Origin: a bacterium
GTDB taxonomy: Bacteria > Electryoneota > Electryoneia > Electryoneales > Electryoneaceae
DNA: 64,000 nt
Direction of reading: 5' to 3'
NCBI GenBank assembly: GCA_963675295.2
Contig: CAXXKJ010000002.1
Location: 3,136,001 to 3,200,000, forward strand
Shown here piece by piece: positions 18,934-27,420 of this stretch (its first letter is position 1; every line of letters begins with the position of its first letter). Made by a program: the position numbers and the translations under genes. A model generated the notes under the pieces. That model saw nothing but the letters and a program-made list of their open reading frames with translations. It made no database searches and was not told where the DNA came from.

Positions 18934-20408
18934 CGTTCCGCTGGCGGCTGATCATCGCCCTGCTGCTCGCCGGGATCGTACCATTGATCCCGTTGTACCT
19001 CACCGTTCGCGGGGTGATCCAGACTGGTGTCGAGTCGCTGGCGCCGGAAGAGACGGGCGATGCGATCCAGTCGGCGATGGAACTGGTGCGTGACGAGCTG
19101 CAGTTGATCCGGGATGACCTGCCCGGCAACCTCTCCGCCCTGATGTATGCGATCGATCCTCCCGATCAACCTCCCACCCGTTTTCCCCACCTGCACCCGC
19201 GGCGGGAGCTGTACGTCAACGACGGCGGTGACTGGTATTCGTGGACCAACGATGGCTGGCAATTGTCCGACCCGCCCCCGCCGGTTCGTGAGACCGCGTT
19301 TGGCCAGTTTCCCGAACGTGTCCAGGAACGGCGCTACGACTCCGCCGACCGCGAATGGGTGCTGGTGCACGAGCTGCCGGTCAGCTTCCGCGAGTCCGCG
19401 CTCAGCCTGCAACAGGCAATGGCGGACTGGACGGTGTCAAGCGAGCAACGCAATCGGTTGTTTGCATCGCTGACGTGGACGTTTGTGCTGTACTACGTAG
19501 TAGTAATGCTGCTCTCGATCCTGCTCGGTGCGGCGGTTGTCTGGCCATTGACCCGGCGCATCACCGCGCTCACAGATGTCGCGGAGTCGATTCGCACCGG
19601 GAACGAGGATGTCCGTGCCGACGAGTCGGGTGGCGCCGAAACCGAACGTCTCGCGCGCACCTTCAACTTGATGCTTGAGCGCCTGGTCGCCAGCCGTGTG
19701 CACGCGGCGGAGATGGAAAAACGCGCAGCCTGGCGTGAGCTGGCACCGGTACTCGCCCATGAGATCAAGAACCCGCTGACGCCAATCCAACTGTCGGTGC
19801 AGCAGGTCGCGGAGAGCTACACCGGCGACGACGACCGGTTCGCGAAGACGCTCCGTACCACGCGGGAGATCGTGGACGAAGAGGTTGAACGTCTGCGCAA
19901 CCTGGTGCGGGATTTCGGCGACTTCGCCCGTGCTCCGGCACCGAACCCGGAATCGGTCAACGTGGCGGGATTCGTGGACGACCTCGCCGGGTTGTACGGC
20001 GATCGTGTCGAGGTGGTGTCGAACTGTGACGGTGTCCTCGAGTTTGACCGTGAGCAGGTACGCCGGGCGTTGGTGAATCTGCTCGACAACGCGTGCTCAG
20101 CCTCGGAGGAAGCGGCGTCCATGCGTGACGACGACACGGCAACGGATGATGCGACGGATGCGCGTGTGCGTTTCAGCTGCGAACAGGATGAGTCCGGTCT
20201 GCGCTTCATCATCGAGGACAACGGACCGGGCGTGCCGGAGGATCAACGCGAGTCGATTTTTGAGCCGTACGTTACCACCAAGAGCAACGGTATCGGGCTC
20301 GGCCTGCCGGTGGTCAAAAACACCGCCGAGCAGCACGGTGGGCGGGTGTGGGTGGAACTGTCAGCCGATCTAGGCGGCGCACGGTTTGTGTTCGAGATTC
20401 AGGCGTAG
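18930..20408 (+). CDS. HAMP sensor histidine kinase, NtrY-like
   Basis: AAWRELA..LAHEIKNPLTPIQLS, NLLDNA, DNGPG, FEPYVTTK..GIGLGL. Two TM helices. Confidence 0.9.
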   Translation: MTFRWRLIIALLLAGIVPLIPLYLTVRGVIQTGVESLAPEETGDAIQSAMELVRDELQLIRDDLPGNLSALMYAIDPPDQPPTRFPHLHPRRELYVNDGGDWYSWTNDGWQLSDPPPPVRETAFGQFPERVQERRYDSADREWVLVHELPVSFRESALSLQQAMADWTVSSEQRNRLFASLTWTFVLYYVVVMLLSILLGAAVVWPLTRRITALTDVAESIRTGNEDVRADESGGAETERLARTFNLMLERLVASRVHAAEMEKRAAWRELAPVLAHEIKNPLTPIQLSVQQVAESYTGDDDRFAKTLRTTREIVDEEVERLRNLVRDFGDFARAPAPNPESVNVAGFVDDLAGLYGDRVEVVSNCDGVLEFDREQVRRALVNLLDNACSASEEAASMRDDDTATDDATDARVRFSCEQDESGLRFIIEDNGPGVPEDQRESIFEPYVTTKSNGIGLGLPVVKNTAEQHGGRVWVELSADLGGARFVFEIQA

Positions 20409-20470
20409 TACTACGGTTCGTGAGTGCGATTGGTGCAGAATATATCTGCAATAATGGCGCGATGCTACGG

Positions 20471-20640
20471 TTGGTGTCATCCTGAATGCGCTTGGTGTCA
20501 TCCTGAATGCGCTTGGTGTCATCCTGAATCCGGCTGTATCGGATGAAGGATCTACCGGATGCAACGCTTGCGGTTCGACGTTGCACCCTCTCCGTATCGT
20601 CAAGCAGATTCTTCACCTCTGCGTTCCGATCAGAATGACA
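20471..20640. repeat. TGTCATCCTGAA...GAAGGATCT / AGATTCTTC...TCAGAATGACA inverted element with a 21-bp tandem triplication of its left end
   Basis: TTGGTGTCATCCTGAATGCGC occurs twice plus a third partial copy. The right end TCAGAATGACA is the near reverse complement of TGTCATCCTGA. Confidence 0.8.
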
Positions 20641-20659
20641 CCCTGACCGATTACACATC

Positions 20660-21169
20660 CTACTCTGAATCATCATCCTCGTCGTAGTAGTCGCGATCTC
20701 CGTCGTACGTGCCAACATCATCGTCCAGGTCATCGTCGTCGCTGTCGTCATCGTCCGCGCCGGAACCGTCGTAGTCCTTCTCATCGTCCCACGCCGCGAA
20801 CGCCGCGCCGGGAGCCTTGCGTTTCGGACGCGACGCGCTGCTGCCGCCCATCGCCGCCAGGAGACGTTCGCTATCCTGCCCCTCAAGCAGCGACTCGGTC
20901 AAATCAGTCCAATCCGGGTTGGTTTCTTCGATCAGCTTGACCATACGCTCGCGACGCATGCCTTTCAGCCACTTCTCCGTTTCGATGGCTTCGGACAAGG
21001 TGTCGTAATCTTCAAAATAGACCAGCTGATCCAGCTTGAATTTCTTCGCGTAGCCGCCGATCTGACCGTTTTTATGTTCGATCATCCGGCGTTTCAGGTT
21101 GTTGCTGAAGCCCACGTACAGCAGGCGCGTCTTGTTCGTCAGGATGTAGATCGAATAACGCTTGTTCAC
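20660..21169 (-). CDS. GIY-YIG nuclease (YhbQ/UPF0213-like) with Asp-rich C-terminal tail
   Basis: YSIYIL..LYVG.SNNL.RR..EH, LVYFE, EA...EK.LK, LIE..NPDW.DL. Tail ends DYYDEDDDSE. Confidence 0.85.
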   Translation of the reverse strand: MNKRYSIYILTNKTRLLYVGFSNNLKRRMIEHKNGQIGGYAKKFKLDQLVYFEDYDTLSEAIETEKWLKGMRRERMVKLIEETNPDWTDLTESLLEGQDSERLLAAMGGSSASRPKRKAPGAAFAAWDDEKDYDGSGADDDDSDDDDLDDDVGTYDGDRDYYDEDDDSE

Positions 21170-21218
21170 GGGTATCGCACTCCACAGTAACGAGTGTTGC
21201 TACATGATGTTTTTGATG

Positions 21219-21288
21219 TTCTCAGTTCTCAGTTCTCAGTTCTCAGTCCTCAGTCCTTAGTCCCCAGTCTTGAGACTTGAGACCGGAG
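21219..21288. repeat. Degenerate 7-bp tandem array (TTCTCAG x4 > TCCTCAG > TCTTGAG > ACTTGAG), 10 units
   Basis: Units read directly. Resembles the reverse complement of 2547-2620. Confidence 0.85.
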
Positions 21289-21338
21289 ACGAAAGTCAAC
21301 GCTCCACAGTTGATACTGCGTACCTTACAGGTTTTCCA

Positions 21339-21555
21339 TCGACTTTCGACTTTCGACTTTCGACTTTCGACTTTCGACTTTCGACTTTCGACTTTCGACT
21401 TTCGACTTTCGACTTTCGACTTTCGACTTTCGACTTTCGACTTTCGACTTTCGACTTTCGACTTTCGACTTTCGACTTTCGACTTTCGACTTTCGACTTT
21501 CGACTTTCGACTTTCGACTTTCGACTTTCGACTTTCGACTTTCGACTTTCGACTT
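21339..21555. repeat. Perfect tandem repeat (TCGACTT)31
   Basis: 217 bp = 31 identical heptamers, about 10 bp downstream of the GCS2-ligase stop codon. Confidence 0.97.
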
Positions 21556-21564
21556 TTTTTCTTC

Positions 21565-22875
21565 CTACTGAAAACTCACCCCATTCTCGAGGCAGTTGGC
21601 GAGCTTGCCGTAGACTTCGTTGATCCGTTCACGGCCCGGATTTGCACCGAGCGAATTGCTGATCCTTCGGGCGAGGGTACCGTGTTCGATGATGGTTTTC
21701 AGCGACGCACCCCAACCGGTTCTCGCCAGGTCTTCCGGTTGCATGCACTGGGTCAGGATGTGATGCCACAGCTCGTTCATCGTCATCGAATCCTTGCCGG
21801 AAACGCCGAACAGTTTGAGGTACTCGCGGTTCCAGATCCGTGTCTGCTCGGCATCACGGATGGCACCGAAGAACAGGCGTTCGAGCAGTTCGCCGGGAAC
21901 TTTGTGCAACTTTGCCACTGAGGTCCATTTCTCAGCCGTCAGCTTCTGCAGCAGGCAGGTGATCAACGCGGCAATCGCGACATCCGCGCCGGGATGCTCC
22001 TGAATGTCGAGCAGCCGGATTTCAATTGCATTGCGGTCAAACCGGGCAATCGCGCCACGGCTGTTCAACCATTCATGCTGCAGCACCCCGTCCGGATCGA
22101 GCGGAGCGATGTCACGGTACATCTTGCGCAAGATCTTGTCCTGGTACGCATCAAGCGAGCGCACCGCTTCCGGGATCACCCGACCGGTGACCGACGGCAC
22201 CCGCTGCTGCATCATGCTGTACGCCATCAACCGGTTGTCCATCAGGCCGGTGAGGCGGCCATCCTGCAACGGTGACGACGCCGCCAGCGCGGGCAGCAAC
22301 GGCAGCACGACACGGATCGCGGCGTGCAAGCGGACAAACTCGTCCTCATCCGCGAACGGCAGATTGATGTGCGTGCTCTGCACGTTCGCCCAGCCATGCC
22401 CCTTGACGCCGAAAATGCGGTCGTACGCTTCGTAGATCTCGTTTTGCGCATGCGGCCACAGCCTGGTCTCCGTCGCGGGGTCCATCCACGGGTGCATTGA
22501 TGTCGGCATCAACATCGCGTCCCACGTGGCGAGGATCTCGTTGGCGCGGCGGACATCGGTCTGGAAGCAGCCGTCCAATGCGATCAGCGATCCACGTGGC
22601 TGCACGGTTTTCATTTCCAGCACGTGCAACACCAGCTCGTTCGACCATGCGGTTTCCGCGAACTCAACCTCGCTCGCGCCTGCTCCACCGGCATAGCCGA
22701 GGATCTTGTCGGCGTCCGGACGGACGGCGAGCGTTTTCCGGTCGACAATCATGTATTCCAATTCGACGCCGAACACGTCGAAAAGGTGCCATGCCTTCTG
22801 AGCCAGGAAGCTCTCTTCGTCCCGGGCTTTCGGCGGCTGCCGTTTCTTGCCTTTCAACAGGGGTTGCACACTCAT
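21565..22875 (-). CDS. Glutamate-cysteine ligase family 2 (GCS2/YbdK-like) carboxylate-amine ligase
   Basis: FGVELEYMIVD, NELV.HVLE, MHPW, STHINL, ASSP, RGAIARF...AIEIR..D.Q. Start MSVQP overlaps the rimK-like stop (ATGA). Confidence 0.85.
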   Translation of the reverse strand: MSVQPLLKGKKRQPPKARDEESFLAQKAWHLFDVFGVELEYMIVDRKTLAVRPDADKILGYAGGAGASEVEFAETAWSNELVLHVLEMKTVQPRGSLIALDGCFQTDVRRANEILATWDAMLMPTSMHPWMDPATETRLWPHAQNEIYEAYDRIFGVKGHGWANVQSTHINLPFADEDEFVRLHAAIRVVLPLLPALAASSPLQDGRLTGLMDNRLMAYSMMQQRVPSVTGRVIPEAVRSLDAYQDKILRKMYRDIAPLDPDGVLQHEWLNSRGAIARFDRNAIEIRLLDIQEHPGADVAIAALITCLLQKLTAEKWTSVAKLHKVPGELLERLFFGAIRDAEQTRIWNREYLKLFGVSGKDSMTMNELWHHILTQCMQPEDLARTGWGASLKTIIEHGTLARRISNSLGANPGRERINEVYGKLANCLENGVSFQ

Positions 22876-24350
22876 TTTGCTGCCTTTCCGTCCTTGCGTG
22901 CTTCGATGCGTTTCAGGAACACATCCAACACCCGCTGGTAGAGTTCGTCGCCAAGGATGAGGTCCTCGACCCCGTCCTCGACGCTGGGATTGTCGTTCAC
23001 TTCGATGACATACCACTTGCCTCTGACCTGCTTCAGGTCGACTCCGTAGAAGCCGTTTCCGATCGGCGCGGCGGCTTTCAAGGCCAGCGAGACGCATTTT
23101 TTCGGCGCGTCCTCGATCGCGATAGTTTCCCACGCGCCATAGCGTTGCGCCTTCGCATCCTTGCCCCATTTGACGATCTGCCAGTGCTTTTTCGCCATGA
23201 AATAGCGCGATGCATACATCGCGACACCGTCCAGGATGCCGATCCTCCAGTCGTAATCGGTCGGCATGAATTCCTGCGCGATCAGCAGGTCGGAGGTTTC
23301 GAACAGCAGCTTCGACAGGGCGTGCGCCTCTTCGGCGGTATCCGCCTTGTGCACACCCAGCGAGGAGGAGCTGTCCGGCTGCTTGAGGATGATTGGCAGA
23401 CCGATATCCGCCAACACCTGTTGCAGGTTGTCTTTATGCAGGATGCCGGTGCGCGGTGTCGGGATATTGTGCCGGCTGAGCAGTTCCGCGAGGTACACCT
23501 TGTTCGTGCAGCGCAGGATGGACTGCGGATCGTCGATCACGACCAGCCCTTCCGCGGCAGCCCGGCGGCTGAAGCGATAGGTGTGATGGTTGACGGCGGT
23601 CGTCTCACGGATGAACAGCGCGTCGAACTCGGACAGACGCCCGTAATCGCCCCGGCCGATGCGTTCGCAGGCGATCCCGATGTTTTCCGCCGTCTTCTCA
23701 AACCGTCGGATGGCACGTTCAGTGCTCGGCGACGTCGGATCCTGCGGGTTGTAGAGGATCGCGAGATCGAAACGGGACGGCACTGCCTTGCGTTCCGAAT
23801 GCCGCCGTTTCGAGAAATAATCCCGTGCCGCGCCAATGGCGAAGTCGCGGTGATGATCCGGAATCGCGCTGGTCGGGATCGCGTTGACGTCACGTAGCAT
23901 CCACTCCCCGGCCCGGGTCGTCACGAACGACGCCCGCAGTAGTGGAGCCGGAAACAGCCGGAACAGCGAGGACGCCAGCCGGTCATGCCGTTTCGCGAGA
24001 TTCTTCCCGAAATAGATCGACAGCTCGAATTTGTCCGAGGCGATGGTCTTCAGGCTCGAATGGATCTGGCTGGCGAGTTCATCCCCGGCGGAGCGAACAA
24101 TGGCGGGTGTGCGCAGATCGCGCAGCGTCATCACCCGCGGCAGCACCTTGTGACCGCGTGCTTCGGCGAGCAATGACACGTAGTAGCCGTACGACTGGTA
24201 CTTGTACGAGCGGCAAAGGTTGAACACTTTGACCCGACGCGTGCCGGTCCATTCCGGGTCGCTGAGATATGCACGGGCGGTGACCACACGCACGTCCGGC
24301 ATGCTGTCCGGCCAGTCGTTGGCGCGGGTGACGACGACGATCGTCTGCAT
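22872..24350 (-). CDS. RimK-family ATP-grasp ligase with N-terminal RLAN domain
   Basis: RLAN: NLCRSYKYQS.GYYVSLLAEARGH..P. ATP-grasp: FIRETT, CTNK.Y, PIILK.PDSS.S.GV, QEF..T.YDWR, YGVDLK, IEVNDNP. Confidence 0.9.
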   Translation of the reverse strand: MQTIVVVTRANDWPDSMPDVRVVTARAYLSDPEWTGTRRVKVFNLCRSYKYQSYGYYVSLLAEARGHKVLPRVMTLRDLRTPAIVRSAGDELASQIHSSLKTIASDKFELSIYFGKNLAKRHDRLASSLFRLFPAPLLRASFVTTRAGEWMLRDVNAIPTSAIPDHHRDFAIGAARDYFSKRRHSERKAVPSRFDLAILYNPQDPTSPSTERAIRRFEKTAENIGIACERIGRGDYGRLSEFDALFIRETTAVNHHTYRFSRRAAAEGLVVIDDPQSILRCTNKVYLAELLSRHNIPTPRTGILHKDNLQQVLADIGLPIILKQPDSSSSLGVHKADTAEEAHALSKLLFETSDLLIAQEFMPTDYDWRIGILDGVAMYASRYFMAKKHWQIVKWGKDAKAQRYGAWETIAIEDAPKKCVSLALKAAAPIGNGFYGVDLKQVRGKWYVIEVNDNPSVEDGVEDLILGDELYQRVLDVFLKRIEARKDGKAAK

Positions 24351-25066
24351 CAGCGGCCAGCTCCGGGTGGTTCGAGCACGAGCAGGTCGGCGTCGTGCGT
24401 CAACACGCCGAGGAAGATCGCGCCGGCGAGGCGATGGGTCGGAACGTGAATCTCGCCCCCGCGTCCGCCACTGACACGTAGCAACGGATCCTGCACGCAG
24501 AACTCGTCGCGGGATTCGTCGTAGCCGTTGATGACGACGAAGTGTCCGGCGGAGGTGCCGCGGATGTCGTCATACTCTTCGTCCCACATCCTCTCACGCG
24601 CCGAGTGGTGCAACCACGTCGCGCTCAGACCGGTGATGATCGGCCAACCGTTGCGGAGTTGGGCTGCAAGCAACTCGTTGGTGATGTCCGCCAACCGAAT
24701 CACCCCTCCACGCCGCAGAAAACCGAGGTAGGCGCGAGTCGCGATCAGCAGATTGCTGTCGCTCTTCGCCTGCGCCTGTTCCTCCAGTTTCTGCGCGAGC
24801 GTGCTCCCCTTCCAACCAAACCAGGTCGGATCGAAGACACGCAGGTTGCAGGTGTAGAGGGTCGCCTGGTAGCCTCGCGACAGGGCGTGCTGGCCGAGCA
24901 GGGCGGCGAGGGTGCCGCCTGTTTCGAGGCTGCGGACCTGTGCGATCAGGTCCGGAAGGTCGATGCTGTCGCCGAAGAAACGGTAGACAGCTTGCAGGCA
25001 GGTTGGCCCGCAGGTAACATCATCCGGCTGAGACAGTAGCTCAAGCCGAAGCCGGGTCGTGCTCAC
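24350..25066 (-). CDS. Papain-like peptidase, C39-like family
   Basis: QPDDVTCGPTCL (Gln/Cys), GHFVVI.G (His), QDP (Asp). Translationally coupled to the rimK-like gene. Confidence 0.8.
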   Translation of the reverse strand: MSTTRLRLELLSQPDDVTCGPTCLQAVYRFFGDSIDLPDLIAQVRSLETGGTLAALLGQHALSRGYQATLYTCNLRVFDPTWFGWKGSTLAQKLEEQAQAKSDSNLLIATRAYLGFLRRGGVIRLADITNELLAAQLRNGWPIITGLSATWLHHSARERMWDEEYDDIRGTSAGHFVVINGYDESRDEFCVQDPLLRVSGGRGGEIHVPTHRLAGAIFLGVLTHDADLLVLEPPGAGR

Positions 25067-25109
25067 GAGTTGCTGGATCGCCTCCTATCAGAAATCCGAG
25101 GGTATAAAA

Positions 25110-25136
25110 TACGCCGGTTTCTACTGAAACCGGCGC
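25110..25136 (-). terminator. Probable intrinsic terminator after the DUF6029 gene
   Basis: CGCCGGTTTC-TACT-GAAACCGGCG hairpin followed by TATTTT on the minus strand. Confidence 0.5.
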
Positions 25137-25182
25137 AACAAAATGAGAGGCAAAAACTGGAGCCAGTTGCCAAACGTGTCCC

Positions 25183-26757
25183 CTAGAAAATGCTGGTGAA
25201 CGTCAGCTTGACACCGTCGAACGGCGCAACCACACGGCACTTGCCGCTGGTGCAGACCAGGCCGCCGCGTTCTTCACCGACGGTCAGCAACAGCTCGTGA
25301 CGGTTGGCGACAAACGCCGCGAACTCCGCCTTGACCCAGCTCGACTTGTCCGGCTGGTTCGGATCGTCTTCCGCCGTTTCCAGCACCACGGACAGCGAGT
25401 ACTGCTGCCGCCAGGTGGCACCGAGAATGGTCAACGTTTCAATTGAGGTTTCCTCGGCGGTCACATCCTCGACCGACCCGCCTTCCGCAGACACTTTCAC
25501 CGACCAGTCGTCCGCGAGCTGATACTCGCTACCGATACCGGCGACCGCGCGCCGTGTCCAGCTCGAACGGGCACGTACCGCGCCACCACCTTCGATGGTG
25601 TAGACGAGGTCTTCGTCCCAGCCGCCCCACGCCGTCAGGTACCAGTCCATCGTCGGATAGCCGGTAAACTCGGCGAAGACCTGCCGGTACGGGCTGTCCT
25701 CTTCGTCCAGGGACGGCATGTACAGCTCATTCTCGATGAACGAGGAGCTCTGGCTGTAGTTGACGGTCACCGTGTTCGCGCCGCTGATGTTGTAGCTACC
25801 CTCAATCTGGAAGCCGACCTCATCGTCGAAGCGGACGGTGTGCGGGTGTTTGCTCAACAGCGGGCTGGTGAATTCACGCTGCCCGATCGGCGGGCTGTGG
25901 AATGGGAGGATGTCAACGGATGCCGCGTACACGCTGCCACCGGTGCTCGCGCCGCCCGGGTACACGTAATACTGGTAGCGCTTGTAGTCGGCGAACAAGC
26001 TGAACCGGCCGGCGTACCAGCTACCGGACGCATAGAAGGCGTCGTGGGTGTCCTTCACACCCTCGATGTCCTCTTTCGCGTATTCCGTCCACAGTGAGAC
26101 CGACGGTCCATCCCACGCCGCATGTCCGGCCCAGGTGCGGGATTCGTCGTAGCTGAGGACATCATCCTCAACCGGCGTCACCAGCATTCCCTGGCCGCCG
26201 AGGGTGGTGTTGTACGGACCGAAGTACTCAATACGTCCCGCACTTACCCGTGCATCCTGCACCTGCCCGAGATAACCGGCTTTCGACCGTCCCGACAACC
26301 CTTCCACTTCGAAGTCGCCGATACCGACCTGCGCCTGCATACCGTCGAGACCGGAGTCGAAGCCTTGCAGGATGTCCTCGATCAACGCCAGCCCGAGCCC
26401 ACGTCCCCACACCGAGTAGAAGTTACCGATGCGGAGGTTGACGTTCGCGTCCGGATCGGAATACTCGATGAACCGCTTCTCGAGCGTGTTCACATCGGTC
26501 TGGTACTCCCCGAATTCACTCGGCTGCAGCATCGTGAAGCGGGTGCCGACACGGATGTTCCCGTAGTACATGTTGAGGTTGAGACGATCCTCGAAATACC
26601 GTTTGACGACATCATCGTCGCCGAGTACTTCCCGTCCATCCGCCCAGCGTGCTTCATTCGACCCCTGGATGTAGAAATCCTGGGCGAACGCTGGCAGGGC
26701 GTGGACCATGAAAACGGCCATCAGGCAGAGGATGACCGTGACCCGGAGCTTGCTCAC
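25183..26757 (-). CDS. DUF6029-like outer-membrane beta-barrel protein
   Basis: Signal peptide, GNFY...GRGL.L, and C-terminal GEERGGLVCTSGKCR...FDGVKL ending in Phe. Confidence 0.75.
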   Translation of the reverse strand: MSKLRVTVILCLMAVFMVHALPAFAQDFYIQGSNEARWADGREVLGDDDVVKRYFEDRLNLNMYYGNIRVGTRFTMLQPSEFGEYQTDVNTLEKRFIEYSDPDANVNLRIGNFYSVWGRGLGLALIEDILQGFDSGLDGMQAQVGIGDFEVEGLSGRSKAGYLGQVQDARVSAGRIEYFGPYNTTLGGQGMLVTPVEDDVLSYDESRTWAGHAAWDGPSVSLWTEYAKEDIEGVKDTHDAFYASGSWYAGRFSLFADYKRYQYYVYPGGASTGGSVYAASVDILPFHSPPIGQREFTSPLLSKHPHTVRFDDEVGFQIEGSYNISGANTVTVNYSQSSSFIENELYMPSLDEEDSPYRQVFAEFTGYPTMDWYLTAWGGWDEDLVYTIEGGGAVRARSSWTRRAVAGIGSEYQLADDWSVKVSAEGGSVEDVTAEETSIETLTILGATWRQQYSLSVVLETAEDDPNQPDKSSWVKAEFAAFVANRHELLLTVGEERGGLVCTSGKCRVVAPFDGVKLTFTSIF

Positions 26758-27272
26758 TCCCCTTCCCCCTCAGCTGGCAACAGCGAAGCGATTTCCGCTT
26801 CGATTTCGTCCTCTTCACCCGGATGGTAGCCGATCCAGACGTTCTTGACCATGCCGTCGGTGCCGATCAACACGGTGTGCGGCACGTTGGTGCCACGGAA
26901 CATTCTCAGGATCTCGGAATCGGTGTCCAACCCGACCGGGAAGTCAAACCCCTGACCGCGCACATACGGACGCACCTTGGAGACGCTGCGGGTGTTGTCG
27001 ATGCTGATTCCGAGCATCGTGAAGCCGCGATCCTTGTACGTGGTGTAGATCCGGTCCAAGTGCGGCAGGGCCTGCTTGCACGGTTGGCACCAGGTCGCCC
27101 AGAAGTCGAGCAATACGGGACCTTCCTCAAGCAGTTCGGACAGCTTGACGTTACCGCCGTCCACGGTCTTAATCGTGAAATCGGGAGCCTTCTGGCCGGT
27201 CAAATCGGCCGCGACGCCGGAAGCGGCCATCGCGACGATGAGGAGCATTGTCAGCAGAGTCGTTCGGATCAC
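26754..27272 (-). CDS. TlpA/ResA-family thiol-disulfide oxidoreductase
   Basis: APDF, DFWATWCQPC, cis-Pro VP. Signal peptide. Confidence 0.9.
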   Translation of the reverse strand: MIRTTLLTMLLIVAMAASGVAADLTGQKAPDFTIKTVDGGNVKLSELLEEGPVLLDFWATWCQPCKQALPHLDRIYTTYKDRGFTMLGISIDNTRSVSKVRPYVRGQGFDFPVGLDTDSEILRMFRGTNVPHTVLIGTDGMVKNVWIGYHPGEEDEIEAEIASLLPAEGEGE

Positions 27273-27420
27273 AGTCCAGCCTCCATGTCTCAGCTGCAGG
27301 ATGCAGCGTTCTACGCCTTCCCCTCACTGCAATGAAGCAAGGATACGGAGAAGCTCGGGACAGTCGCAACGGATACCCCCGATTCGCCTCACCTTACTTC
27401 ACTTCACGGAGAATGCGTCA

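Noticed and set aside
20314-20886. ORF with RIQDDTK repeats
   Set aside because: Translation of the 21-bp DNA repeat, overlapping the GIY-YIG gene out of frame.
20471-21555. Possible CRISPR array
   Set aside because: The repeats are head-to-tail (21 bp and 7 bp) with no unique spacers, and no cas genes are in the window.
21270-21921. ORFs with (FRLSTFD)n
   Set aside because: Artefact of the stop-free (TCGACTT)31 array.
22876-23169. 98-aa N-terminal extension of the GCS2 ligase in the ORF track
   Set aside because: It overlaps the rimK-like gene. The ATGA-coupled start at 22875 is more plausible.
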